Assembly (NCBI GenBank): GCA_039794845.1
Contig: JAUQVK010000032.1
Location: forward strand, 1 to 22,043
DNA: 22,043 nucleotides
Source: Thermostichus sp. DRC_bins_24
GTDB lineage: Bacteria > Cyanobacteriota > Cyanobacteriia > Thermostichales > Thermostichaceae
Reading direction: 5' to 3'
How positions within the stretch are numbered: the first letter of the stretch is position 1; the number at the start of each line of letters is the position of its first letter. The notes beneath the pieces are model-generated. The model saw nothing but the letters and a program-made list of their open reading frames with translations, did no database searches and was not told the DNA's origin. The position numbers were made by a program, and so were the translations under genes. Shown here one piece after another: positions 9,068-17,830 of this stretch.

Positions 9068-9514
9068 ATGGTCTACACCGAAGAAGCCTTCAAGGCAGAG
9101 CTGAATGCCAAGGGCTGGCGCTCCACTCGGCAACGGGAGATCATCCTGCAGACCTTTCAAAACTTGCCCGAGGGCACTCACCTGAGTGCCGAGGAACTGC
9201 ACGAGAATCTGCGCGAAGCTGGCCACAACATCAGCCTTTCTACCATTTACCGCACCGTCAAGCTGATGGCTCGCATGGGCATTTTGCGGGAGTTGGAACT
9301 GACGGAAGGCCATAAGCACTACGAGATCAACCAGCCTGCTCCCCACCACCACCACCACCTGGTCTGTGTGAAAACCAACCAGGTGATTGAGTTCAAGAAC
9401 AGTGCCATCCTCAACATCACCCAAAAGGTGGCAGAGAAGTACGGCTTCAAGGTGCTCGATTGTCAGCTCACCATCATCGGAATCAGCCCGGAGGGACAAC
9501 GGTCGATCTTGTAA
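9068..9514 (+). CDS. fur: Ferric uptake regulator (FurA-type)
   Basis: KAELNAKGWR, HLSAEEL, ISLSTIYRTVKLMARMGILREL, EGHKHYE, HHHHHLVC and DCQLT motifs. GGAGGGG RBS precedes ATG 9068. Confidence 0.95.
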   Translation: MVYTEEAFKAELNAKGWRSTRQREIILQTFQNLPEGTHLSAEELHENLREAGHNISLSTIYRTVKLMARMGILRELELTEGHKHYEINQPAPHHHHHLVCVKTNQVIEFKNSAILNITQKVAEKYGFKVLDCQLTIIGISPEGQRSIL

Positions 9515-9540
9515 AGCGTGGGGGATTGCCGAGTCAAGCA

Positions 9541-10689
9541 CTAGCCCTCTGGGGCCAGCCCTTCTCCTTTCTTACCTTCCAACCGATAGAACAGCTGCCG
9601 CATCAACCGCTCCCGTTGACCCACCGACAGGGTGGGGGCAAGGGTACTGGGAAAATGGGGCATGGCCAGCGTGACTCGATCCAGTAGGTCGGCACGACTT
9701 TGTTTCCGCTGAATCGACCAAGCCCGTTCCAAAATAGTCTGGGCCGCCTCCGGTTCCAGCCCCGCTTGCTCCGACAGCCAAGCCGCCAGCTGCTCCAAAT
9801 CGGGATCGAAGCGCAGTTTGTACATATAGATAAGCATGCCGACCCCGATCACAAGGCCCAGGCCACTGGCTACATAGGCCGCCTTGATGGAGGTTCCGGG
9901 CAGATAGGCCACCGCCGAAACCCGCAACATTTCATAGGGGATCCGAATCAAGCTGTAACCCACCACATAGGTCCAGACCCAGGTGCCATCCTTGAGTTTG
10001 GGGGCCCGCCAGAACATCCCCATCAACAGGGCGAACAAGATGAGATTGAGAACGCTCTCGTAGAAGAAGATCGGGTGAAAGAACTCGAATTGGCTGTACT
10101 CCGGCTCGCGGGCTTGAGGGGGGATGTACACCCGCAACGGCCATGGGCTGCCCGGGGGGAGTGGGGCGCCATAGGCTTCTGAATTGAAGAAATTGCCCCA
10201 ACGGCCGATGGCCTGGCCCAAGATCAATCCGGGGGTAAGGATATCGGCGTATTTCCAGCCGTTGATGCCGGTAGCGCGGCAGTAGAGGTAGAGAGCGAGG
10301 CCCCCCGCCAGCACTCCCCCATGGATGATGATGCCCCCCTGCCAAATGGCCAGTGCCGAAAGGGGGTTGGCGCTAAACTCTGACCAGTGGGTGAGCACAT
10401 AGTAAAGTCTGGCCCCCAAAAACCCAGACACCACCAGCCACAGAGCCAGCTGTTCCACCCGTTCGCTGGCCCGGCCCGGTTCTTTTTCCAGATGACGAGC
10501 CTCTGCCAACACCTTGGCCAAGATCAAGCCGATCAACACTGCCGTCGCCATGAGCAGGCCGTACCAGCGCAGACCCAGCCCTCCCACCGCAGGGGTATCG
10601 GGGGGAAAGCGGAAGACAAATTCCCCCGGTGAGCTGAAGGTAAGGCCCAACAATCCCGGATTCCATACCCCTAGCTTCATCCACAGCAT
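9541..10689 (-). CDS. lgt: Prolipoprotein diacylglyceryl transferase with a C-terminal extension
   Basis: LRWYGLL, GARLYYV, IWQGG..IHGG, LGQAIGRWGNFFNSEAYG and HP.F.YES motifs. Start may be 10710, 10689 or 10680. Confidence 0.93.
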   Translation of the reverse strand: MLWMKLGVWNPGLLGLTFSSPGEFVFRFPPDTPAVGGLGLRWYGLLMATAVLIGLILAKVLAEARHLEKEPGRASERVEQLALWLVVSGFLGARLYYVLTHWSEFSANPLSALAIWQGGIIIHGGVLAGGLALYLYCRATGINGWKYADILTPGLILGQAIGRWGNFFNSEAYGAPLPPGSPWPLRVYIPPQAREPEYSQFEFFHPIFFYESVLNLILFALLMGMFWRAPKLKDGTWVWTYVVGYSLIRIPYEMLRVSAVAYLPGTSIKAAYVASGLGLVIGVGMLIYMYKLRFDPDLEQLAAWLSEQAGLEPEAAQTILERAWSIQRKQSRADLLDRVTLAMPHFPSTLAPTLSVGQRERLMRQLFYRLEGKKGEGLAPEG

Positions 10690-10889
10690 GCTCTGCACCC
10701 CGAACCCCACAACTCCGTCTCAGATACCGGTTGCCATCCAACCTTACAGGATCACCCCGCCGGGATCCCTTTCCCCAATCCTAAGCCGCAACCCCCAACC
10801 TGAGAAAGGACTCCGTCCCGCCAGGCCGTTTGCCCATGGCGGCCCAATGGGATCCCTTCTCCTTTGATCCTGTGATCCTGTTGCCGAAC

Positions 10890-12056
10890 CTAGCCGGGAA
10901 GGGGGGGCAGCTTGGCCAACAGAGCTTGAAACCGCTTGTTCTTACGCAAGCGCTCCAGATCGGGATCGGTACGGGCGGCAGGCCCATACTTTTTTGGATT
11001 CAGCCGAATCGCCTCGGCAATACAGTCTATCGCCTCCCGGGTGCGTCCCATCAGGGCATAACAGTAGCCTTTGTTGTAAATGCCGTTGGCATGGTTGGGA
11101 TTGATCTGCAGAGATTTTTCAATGCTGGCCAGCGCCTCGGCAAACCGGCCCAGTTTGGTGAGGGCATAGCCGCGGTTGTCCCAAGACTCGTAGTTGTTGG
11201 GGTCGCATTCCACCGCCCGCTCATAGGAGACGATAGCCTCCTCCACCCGACCCATGTGCCGCAACACCAAACCGCGGTTGTTCCAGGCATGGGTGGCCTC
11301 TTTGGGGTACTGTTGAGGGTTATTCTGAGGGTTATTCTTAGCCATCAGTTGCAGGACGTGCTCATAAATGGCCAGAGACTCGGGGCCTTTGGGCAGGAGG
11401 GTTCCCTTGTTCATCCAACAGCCGATGTGTTCGGGATCCACCTTCAGTCCTTCTTCATAGGCTGCCAGGGCGGCTTGTGGATCTTCGCAGGCGGTGTAGC
11501 AGCAGCCCAGGTTAAACCAGACTTGCGCATCGTCGGGGTTGAGGTGCAGGGCGCGGCGAAAACAGCCCACCCCCCGCAGCGGATTGCCCAGACTGACGAA
11601 GGCATTGCCCTGATTGCTCCAGGCCTTGTAGTAGTTGGGGTTCAGGATTACCGCCCGCCGATAGGACGCGAGGGCGGCCTTCCACTGCCCTAGGGCTGCA
11701 AGGCTATTCCCTCTGTTGGCCCAGGCTTCGTAATGTTGGAGGTTAAGACGGAGCACCTCTTCAAAACTTTCGATTGCTTCCTGGTGATGCCCCCAATCCG
11801 CCAAAGCGATGCCCCGGTTGTTCCAAACCTCTTCTCGGTTTGGTTGCAGGGCCAAGGCGCGATCGAAGCTCTCGATACTGGCGGGGTAGCGTTTCAGGTG
11901 GGCCAGGGTGAGGGCGCGGTTGACCCAGGCCTCAAAGTGGTCGGGATCCCAGGCGATCACTTGGTCAAATTGCAGCAGCGCCAGCTCGCGTTCTTGCTTG
12001 GCCAGGTAGTGTAAGCCCAGTTGCAGGCGATACTCCACCTCAAAGGGTTCTGGCAT
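10890..12056 (-). CDS. Multi-TPR repeat protein
   Basis: Repeated 34-aa units (AW.NRG.AL..LG...EA..SY..A...NP) and a typical C-terminal cap (YNKGYCYAL...ARTDPDL..LR). Start at ATG 12056 avoids overlap with the upstream regulator. Confidence 0.9.
   Translation of the reverse strand: MPEPFEVEYRLQLGLHYLAKQERELALLQFDQVIAWDPDHFEAWVNRALTLAHLKRYPASIESFDRALALQPNREEVWNNRGIALADWGHHQEAIESFEEVLRLNLQHYEAWANRGNSLAALGQWKAALASYRRAVILNPNYYKAWSNQGNAFVSLGNPLRGVGCFRRALHLNPDDAQVWFNLGCCYTACEDPQAALAAYEEGLKVDPEHIGCWMNKGTLLPKGPESLAIYEHVLQLMAKNNPQNNPQQYPKEATHAWNNRGLVLRHMGRVEEAIVSYERAVECDPNNYESWDNRGYALTKLGRFAEALASIEKSLQINPNHANGIYNKGYCYALMGRTREAIDCIAEAIRLNPKKYGPAARTDPDLERLRKNKRFQALLAKLPPLPG
11314..11337. repeat. 12-bp tandem duplication TGAGGGTTATTC x2 (NNPQ-NNPQ loop in the TPR protein)
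   Basis: 11314-11325 is identical to 11326-11337; the duplication preserves frame. Confidence 0.85.
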
Positions 12057-12062
12057 CGGTTC

Positions 12063-12092
12063 GTATCCTTTGTATCCTTCTCGTGTATCCTT
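12063..12092 (-). repeat. Three copies of AAGGATAC in the regulator-TPR spacer
   Basis: GTATCCTT on the + strand at 12063-12070, 12072-12079 and 12085-12092. Confidence 0.8.
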
Positions 12093-12783
12093 ACTCGCGC
12101 AACACGTAACCCACCCCACGCACGGTTTGGATGAGGCGCTTTTCCCCTTGGTCTTCGATCTTGAGACGCAAATAGCGAATATAAACCTCGATGATGTTGG
12201 AATCACCCATAAAGTCGAACCCCCACACATGCTCCAAAATCTGCTGGCGGGTGAGCACCTGTCGAGGATGTTCCATCAGGTAGCGCAGCAAATCATATTC
12301 TTTGGCCGTTAACTCCACCCGCCGCTCTCCCCGCGTCACCTCCCGTGTCAAGGGATCCAGGGTTAAGTCCATAAACACCAACTGGCCATCATGGGATCCC
12401 TTTTGTCGGCGCAAATGGGCCCGTACGCGCGCCAAGAGCTCTTGAATGCTGAAGGGTTTCACCACATAATCATCCGCTCCGGCATCCAACCCCGCCACCC
12501 GATCCGACACATCATCTCTGGCGGTCATCAACACCACCGGCACCCGATTGCCCGTTGAGCGCAGTCGCCGGCAAATTTCTAAGCCTGAAATGCCCGGCAA
12601 CATCCAGTCCAGCAGCACCAGGTCGGGCTTTTGGTCGCGGGCTGCTATTAGTCCAGCCGTGCCATCGCTGGCAACACTGACTCGATACCCTTCGTAGGTC
12701 AGCTCCGTCTCCACAAACCGGGCCAGTTTGGCTTCATCTTCGATCACCAGGATGTGGGCAGCAGATTGTTCGGGTTCTGACAT
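12091..12783 (-). CDS. OmpR/PhoB-family response regulator (REC + winged helix)
   Basis: ILVIEDE, LLDWMLP (phospho-Asp), MTAR, GADDYVVKPF, LTAKEYDLL, EVYIRYLRLK and TVRGVGY motifs. GGAGAG RBS precedes ATG 12783. Confidence 0.95.
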   Translation of the reverse strand: MSEPEQSAAHILVIEDEAKLARFVETELTYEGYRVSVASDGTAGLIAARDQKPDLVLLDWMLPGISGLEICRRLRSTGNRVPVVLMTARDDVSDRVAGLDAGADDYVVKPFSIQELLARVRAHLRRQKGSHDGQLVFMDLTLDPLTREVTRGERRVELTAKEYDLLRYLMEHPRQVLTRQQILEHVWGFDFMGDSNIIEVYIRYLRLKIEDQGEKRLIQTVRGVGYVLRE

Positions 12784-12955
12784 ACTCTCTCCTGAACGGA
12801 AGAGACAGAAGACTTGCCTATTGCCCACAAGCATACCTCAGCCCTAGGGGTTGGCTGTTATGGGGATCCCGGGCCTGCCGAGGTTGATGTGGCAGAGGGG
12901 ATTGCGCTATCCAGAAAGAGATGCGCGTAGCCTGTTGCCATGGGCAATTGCACCA

Positions 12956-13819
12956 ATGACGATTTCCCCGCTTCTATCCACTCAAGCGCCACCCCCAATT
13001 CGTTGGGAAAAGCTGCCGGAAGACTTTCCACTGCCGGATGATCCTGTGGAAAGCACGCTACAACCGCTGCTGGCGGCAGCCCTGCGAGAACTGCTGGAAC
13101 TGGCGGACTTAATCCCTGCCCAGGCTTTGATTGCCTCCAACTTTGGCCTCTGTAGCACTGTTGGGGATAAGGTCGTGGTGAAAGCCCCTGATTGGGTCTA
13201 CGTGCCTGCGGTGCAGCCGATTCCAGAAGGAGAGATCCGTCGCAACTATACCCCCAAGCTGGAAGGGGATCCGCCGGCAATTGTGATGGAGTTTATTTCC
13301 GAAACTGAGGGGGGGGAATACTCGATCAACCCCCACCACCCCTATGGTAAGTGGTATTTCTACGAGCGCATTTTGCAGGTCCCTGTCTACGTGATCTTTC
13401 ATTCCAAAACAGGGGAACTGGATGTGTATCGCCTGGAGGATGGTCACTATCGCCCTGCCGCCGCAGATGAAAACCAGCGCTACTGGATCCCTGAGATCGG
13501 CTTGTTTTTGGGTGTTTGGTGGGGACAAAAGGCCGAGACCAAGGCTTACTGGTTGCGCTGGTGGGACGCTGAGGGCAATTTACTGTTGTGGGGAAGTGAA
13601 CGAATTGAACAAGAAAGACAAAAGGCTGCACAGGAACGCCTTCGGGCAGAGCAGGAACGCCTTCGGGCAGAGCAGGAACACCTTCGGGCAGAACAGGAAC
13701 GCTTGCGGGCGGAGGAAGCGGAAACCGCTCTCCAACAAGAACGAGCCCAGCGACAACGCCTAGCCGACAAACTGCGAGAACTGGGGCTAGATCTGGACAC
13801 TGAAAGCTCCGGTCAATAG
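12956..13819 (+). CDS. Uma2 (DUF820, PD-(D/E)xK-like) family protein with a coiled-coil tail
   Basis: WEKLPEDFPLPDDPV, KAPDW, VMEFIS, GKWYFYERILQVP.Y, WLRWWD..GNLL, AEQERLR repeats and LADKLRELG motifs. Confidence 0.9.
   Translation: MTISPLLSTQAPPPIRWEKLPEDFPLPDDPVESTLQPLLAAALRELLELADLIPAQALIASNFGLCSTVGDKVVVKAPDWVYVPAVQPIPEGEIRRNYTPKLEGDPPAIVMEFISETEGGEYSINPHHPYGKWYFYERILQVPVYVIFHSKTGELDVYRLEDGHYRPAAADENQRYWIPEIGLFLGVWWGQKAETKAYWLRWWDAEGNLLLWGSERIEQERQKAAQERLRAEQERLRAEQEHLRAEQERLRAEEAETALQQERAQRQRLADKLRELGLDLDTESSGQ
13631..13714 (+). repeat. Four tandem 21-bp coding repeats (QERLRAE heptads)
   Basis: CAGGAACGCCTTCGGGCAGAG x2 exact plus two variant copies, with no spacers. Confidence 0.9.
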
Positions 13820-14994
13820 CTGCGCCCTCGCCAAACCCGGGGCCGACGGGTGGCCGAAAGAATCACCCGCAAGACCGCCAAGGGATCCGCCAGCGGGGAA
13901 AGCCAAAACGTCCAGGGGGGATCCTGATAAGAGCCGCGAATGCCCGTCAGCAAGCCAAATCGGAAGACCACCAACCCCAGGTTGAGCCCCAACAACAACT
14001 GCTCCGTCAGGGAGAAGGGCACCCCCCTCCCGGCCATGCCCAATAGCCCCAAAACCGTCAGCAGGGGGATCCCTTGGGTGAGGGTGAGGAACGCCATATC
14101 TCCCCACAACTGGGCAGCAGGGGTGGCATCCTTCAAATCCAAAGACCGCCCCCACTCCCGCCAGGTTTCCCCGAAGGAAGTGTACATCCGCACCTTGAGC
14201 AGATGCCGACCATCCAAAAAGCCCACCTTAAAGCCTGCCGCCGCGATCTGCCGTACCAAAGTGACATCATCACAAAAGGAAGCCCGCGCCCCTGTGTAGC
14301 CCTGCATGCGCTCTAGCACCGCCCGTCGTACCCACATGCACTGCCCATTGGCCATGACCCGTTCCGGCAAGGTGGCGGTATCTCCGGCTGCCCCGTAGCG
14401 ATAGATCAAGGTCACCAGCAAAGCCGGTTGTAGCCAGCCTTCCCCCCAGTGCCGCAAGATAAATTGCGGGGCCAAGGTGATCAGATCAAACCCTTCTGCT
14501 TGGGCTACCTGCAGCAGACGTGCCACCAAACCCACCTGCGGGCGAGTATCGGCATCGATGCCCAAAATCCACTCGGTAGACGGATCCGACTTGAGGAACC
14601 CGTAGTGCAACGCCCAGGGGCGCCCCACCCAACCCGATGGCAAAGGATCATCGGTTACCAAGCGAAAACGTGGATCCCGTTGGGCCATGGCCCAGACTTT
14701 TTCGGGGGTGCCATCCTGGGAGCGGCTGTCGATCACCACCACTTCCTGCAGAGAGGAACCCTGCTGATGCAGCCCTTCTAGGCAGGGATCAATGCGTTCG
14801 GCTTCATTGAGGGTGGGCACCAAAACGCTGACCAAGCCCGGTGGCCAAGGGATCCCAGGCTCACCGGCGGGCAAAGGGGCAGGGCGACGCAACGACGGTA
14901 ACAGACGCGCCAGCAATACCCCCAGCATCGGCAACTGCAGGGCCAGCACACTCAGGGCAACAGCCTCTCCAGCCCAATCAGGGATCCCAGCCAT
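13813..14994 (-). CDS. cruG: Carotenoid (myxol) 2'-O-glycosyltransferase, GT2 family
   Basis: VPTLNEA.R, DDPLP.GWVGRPWAL, GIDADT, LQPALL.TL.YR, MANGQC, SFCDDVTL, W.EWGRSLDLKDA and W.GR.Y motifs. Strong GGAGG RBS. Confidence 0.85.
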   Translation of the reverse strand: MAGIPDWAGEAVALSVLALQLPMLGVLLARLLPSLRRPAPLPAGEPGIPWPPGLVSVLVPTLNEAERIDPCLEGLHQQGSSLQEVVVIDSRSQDGTPEKVWAMAQRDPRFRLVTDDPLPSGWVGRPWALHYGFLKSDPSTEWILGIDADTRPQVGLVARLLQVAQAEGFDLITLAPQFILRHWGEGWLQPALLVTLIYRYGAAGDTATLPERVMANGQCMWVRRAVLERMQGYTGARASFCDDVTLVRQIAAAGFKVGFLDGRHLLKVRMYTSFGETWREWGRSLDLKDATPAAQLWGDMAFLTLTQGIPLLTVLGLLGMAGRGVPFSLTEQLLLGLNLGLVVFRFGLLTGIRGSYQDPPWTFWLSPLADPLAVLRVILSATRRPRVWRGRSY

Positions 14995-15228
14995 TAACTT
15001 CTCCTCCCCCCACTACCAGAGATAAGGGGTAAAAGCGTTCTCGGCCCACCCAAGCAATCCACACTCTGCAAGACCGGCTCCGGCAATGAGGGCTTCTCAG
15101 AGTAGCATGACCCCACAGCTTGTAAAGAAAAGCTCCGCAAAAAAAGCTTCGCCGGAACCAAATCCGTACGGGATTGATCAAAAATGAAACAGGCTCCCCC
15201 ACTGCACCTTCGCATTTTCAGCTCATTT

Positions 15229-15576
15229 ATGCACGTTTCCACCCAAAAAAGCCCCAAGGGATCCCCCGTTACGGTTGTCAAGCTGCCGAAAGGAAATCTC
15301 AGTGCTGCTAATGCCTCTGCTGTGCGGGGAGCGCTGAGCCACATTCTTAGCGAACAACCCGGACACCTGTTACTGGATCTGAGCGAGATCGCCCTGATCG
15401 ACAGTATGGGGTTATCGGTTTTGGTCTCAGCACAACGCAACTGCCGCGTGGCGGGCTACCAACTCAAGCTTGCCGGCCTACAGGAACAGGCCAAGCTGAT
15501 TTTCGCCGTTACCCATCTAGACTCAATTTTCGAGATCTATTGCTCCGCAGAAGATGCCCTCAAGGCCTTTCCCTAG
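15229..15576 (+). CDS. STAS-domain anti-sigma factor antagonist
   Basis: G.L...NA, LLDLSEIALIDSMGLSVLV (phospho-Ser motif) and IFAVTHLDSIFEIY. Start is 15229 or 15184. Confidence 0.9.
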   Translation: MHVSTQKSPKGSPVTVVKLPKGNLSAANASAVRGALSHILSEQPGHLLLDLSEIALIDSMGLSVLVSAQRNCRVAGYQLKLAGLQEQAKLIFAVTHLDSIFEIYCSAEDALKAFP

Positions 15577-15589
15577 CTGGCTAGACTCC

Positions 15590-16294
15590 TTACCAGGGCA
15601 ATTCCGAACCGTCGTAATGCCAGTAACGGCCCGTCAACTCAGGGGTGAGGTTTTCGATCACCTTAATCAACCCTGAGATTGATTCGGGCGCGGTCAGGGG
15701 GGCATCCGGCCCACCCATGTCGGTCTTCACCCAGCCGGGGCTGAGGGCGGCCAAAATGATCCCATCGGGGGCCAGCTCGATCGACATGTATTTGGTGAGC
15801 ATATTCAGGGCGGCTTTGCTGGCGGAATAGGCATACCCCCCCTTGACCAAAATAGGCTTGTGGGCAATCGAGCCAAGCAGGGAACTCATGTTGGCCACGA
15901 TGCTCGTTCCTGCCGCCTTGAGCAACGGGTAAAAGGCTTGGGTAACCATCACCGGGGCGACGGTGTTGGTCTCCAAAATGGTCATGAAGGTCTCTTTTTG
16001 GGTTTGGCCAAAGGTAAGCCATTCCCCCAATCCGGCACAGTTGATCAAAATATCCAGCTTGGCAGTCTTGGCCCCGACGGCGGCGACGGCGGCTTGAATG
16101 GAAGCCTCATCCGTCACATCCAACTGCACCCACTCCAACGAGTCAGGATACTCAAAGGCCAGCTTGCTCAGGGCCTCCACCGGTTGGCGAGAAGCGGCAA
16201 AAACCCGGTAGCCCCTGGCCAGCAATTGCTTGACATATTCCAGCCCTAGCCCACGGCTAGCCCCAGTCACCAATACCGTTTTCATGGATGTCAT
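15590..16294 (-). CDS. Short-chain dehydrogenase/reductase (CsgA/C-factor-like subgroup)
   Basis: TGASRGLG, DILINCAG, NMSS, YSASKAA and PGWVKTDMGG motifs. Start is 16294 or 16285. Confidence 0.93.
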   Translation of the reverse strand: MTSMKTVLVTGASRGLGLEYVKQLLARGYRVFAASRQPVEALSKLAFEYPDSLEWVQLDVTDEASIQAAVAAVGAKTAKLDILINCAGLGEWLTFGQTQKETFMTILETNTVAPVMVTQAFYPLLKAAGTSIVANMSSLLGSIAHKPILVKGGYAYSASKAALNMLTKYMSIELAPDGIILAALSPGWVKTDMGGPDAPLTAPESISGLIKVIENLTPELTGRYWHYDGSELPW

Positions 16295-16401
16295 TGCTTT
16301 GCAACATTAACGTGAATGCTTGCAGATCTTAGGACAAAGGGGATCCCTACTTTTGCAGCCTCTGTAACGGACACAGCCCCAACAAGGGGCTTTGCGCCCG
16401 C

Positions 16402-16854
16402 TTAAACACAGGGTTGTGGCGACCAATTTTGGTGTCCTCGTCCGGGCCAACAGCGCTGCTGGGATCCCACCGTTTTCATCTGCCAACCGGCTTCCGTCCA
16501 GCCCATTTCTACGCGATAGCGCTTCCCCTGCACCGAGTCATCGGCTAAGCCCTCAAGGGTTATCAAAATCTCAGCGTTCTGGTCAGGTAAATATTGAATC
16601 TGCAGAGACTCCCCTCGTCGGCCCTCGGTCTCCTGTCGGTAGTGCTGCAACAACTGGATCCCCACCTGGGCCGGATCCAACTCCTCAGATAGGGCGTACT
16701 GCTCCTGAAAGGCTTGAGGGTTAATCGGCGTATATTCTGTCGAGTCTCGACATCCGGGCAGTAGGATCATCAACAAAAACAAACCCACTGGCAGGCAGAG
16801 GGGGTTCGGGATCCCTATCACTGAGCAGGAAGCTCTGGAAAACCAATTCTTCAT
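16402..16854 (-). CDS. Hypothetical exported protein, putative lipoprotein
   Basis: Hydrophobic stretch ending in lipobox-like LLPG-C, plus DDSV...RY and a C-terminal C..GRGH......C motif. ATGA overlap with the upstream TPR gene. Confidence 0.65.
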   Translation of the reverse strand: MKNWFSRASCSVIGIPNPLCLPVGLFLLMILLPGCRDSTEYTPINPQAFQEQYALSEELDPAQVGIQLLQHYRQETEGRRGESLQIQYLPDQNAEILITLEGLADDSVQGKRYRVEMGWTEAGWQMKTVGSQQRCWPGRGHQNWSPQPCV

Positions 16855-17693
16855 GGGGCAGGAGTGCTCTCAGGGTCTTCACTATCGACAGAACTCTCTA
16901 CAGGTTGGGGTGGGTTCAACTGGGCGTAGAGCGCGGCCTGCTGTTCGATCTGCTCCCGAACTTGCGGCGGGGCCAGTCGGGCCGCTTGATCAAACAATCC
17001 TGGTGCTTGGGCTCGTAGGTCTTCATCTGCCGCGGCACTGAGGGCCATGGCTTTGCCCAACACCGGGGTGAAATCGCTGGGATCCGCCGCGATCATCTCG
17101 TCGTAAAGGGCCACTGCTTTCTCGGTCTGGTTGTCACGGGCATAGACAAAGGCCAAGTGCAGACGGGCATCGTTATCTTCCGGCACCGCTTCCAAATGCT
17201 TCTCCAATAAAGCAATGGCCTCGGAGTTGCGGCCCAAGATCATCTGAACATTGGCCAACTCTTGCAAAACCCGGCTATCTCGCGGATCCTCCTCGTAGAG
17301 AATCTGGAGCTGCTCCCGTGCCCCTTCAAAATCTCCCGTATCCTGCTGAATTTGCGCTAAGAAAGCCCGTAGTCCCCGATCTTCAGGCTCCAGTTCCACC
17401 AGTTTCATCAGGGGCTCGATGGCCCCCTGCGGCTCGTTCAGTTGCAGCTGAGTGTTGATCAACCCCTCGAGGGCAATGCGATTATCCGGCTCCCGCTCCA
17501 GCACCGCTCGATAGCCATCGGCCTCCGTTTGCAGTTGCTCTGTGATCAAGCTGGTATCTACCGAGCTTGAGGGCTGAAACGCCTGTAGCAACGGGCCAAA
17601 GGAAAAACTAAGCAAAATCAAAGGACCAATTACCAACACCAGCGTCTTAAAAATCTTGCGGATGGGGGATTCGTCAGGCTTGGATTTAGGCAT
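16851..17693 (-). CDS. Membrane-anchored TPR protein
   Basis: Basic N-terminus, one hydrophobic helix, TPR-like helices (GY..VLEREPDN..ALEGL, A..LYD..I..DP.DF.PVLGKA) and an acidic/Pro tail. Confidence 0.8.
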   Translation of the reverse strand: MPKSKPDESPIRKIFKTLVLVIGPLILLSFSFGPLLQAFQPSSSVDTSLITEQLQTEADGYRAVLEREPDNRIALEGLINTQLQLNEPQGAIEPLMKLVELEPEDRGLRAFLAQIQQDTGDFEGAREQLQILYEEDPRDSRVLQELANVQMILGRNSEAIALLEKHLEAVPEDNDARLHLAFVYARDNQTEKAVALYDEMIAADPSDFTPVLGKAMALSAAADEDLRAQAPGLFDQAARLAPPQVREQIEQQAALYAQLNPPQPVESSVDSEDPESTPAP

Positions 17694-17830
17694 GAAACCA
17701 GCTCGCGCAGAAGACTCTTCTGTACTTTATCATCTGAGTTGTGGGGGCCAGTTGAGGGAAACCGTATCCAAATCGAGGGCAGCACCGTATTTGCTTTAGG
17801 CGTTCTAAAAATTTTTGCTGGTTCCCAACT

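Noticed and set aside
9008..9541. 177-aa ORF antisense to fur
   Set aside because: It mirrors fur codons and has no independent protein signature.
10830..11693. 287-aa plus-strand ORF
   Set aside because: Antisense shadow of the TPR gene.
12057..12230. N-terminal extension of the TPR ORF, and similar extensions of fur, Uma2, ndhD1 and iaaA in the ORF track
   Set aside because: The extensions overlap neighbouring genes or regulatory DNA. Downstream ATGs match family N-termini, and several have an RBS.
13631..13714. 21-bp repeats as a possible CRISPR array
   Set aside because: The repeats abut with no spacers and encode the in-frame coiled-coil tail typical of Uma2 proteins.
15229..15576. 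Partner-switching operon around the STAS gene
   Set aside because: No anti-sigma kinase, PP2C phosphatase or sigma factor gene is adjacent.
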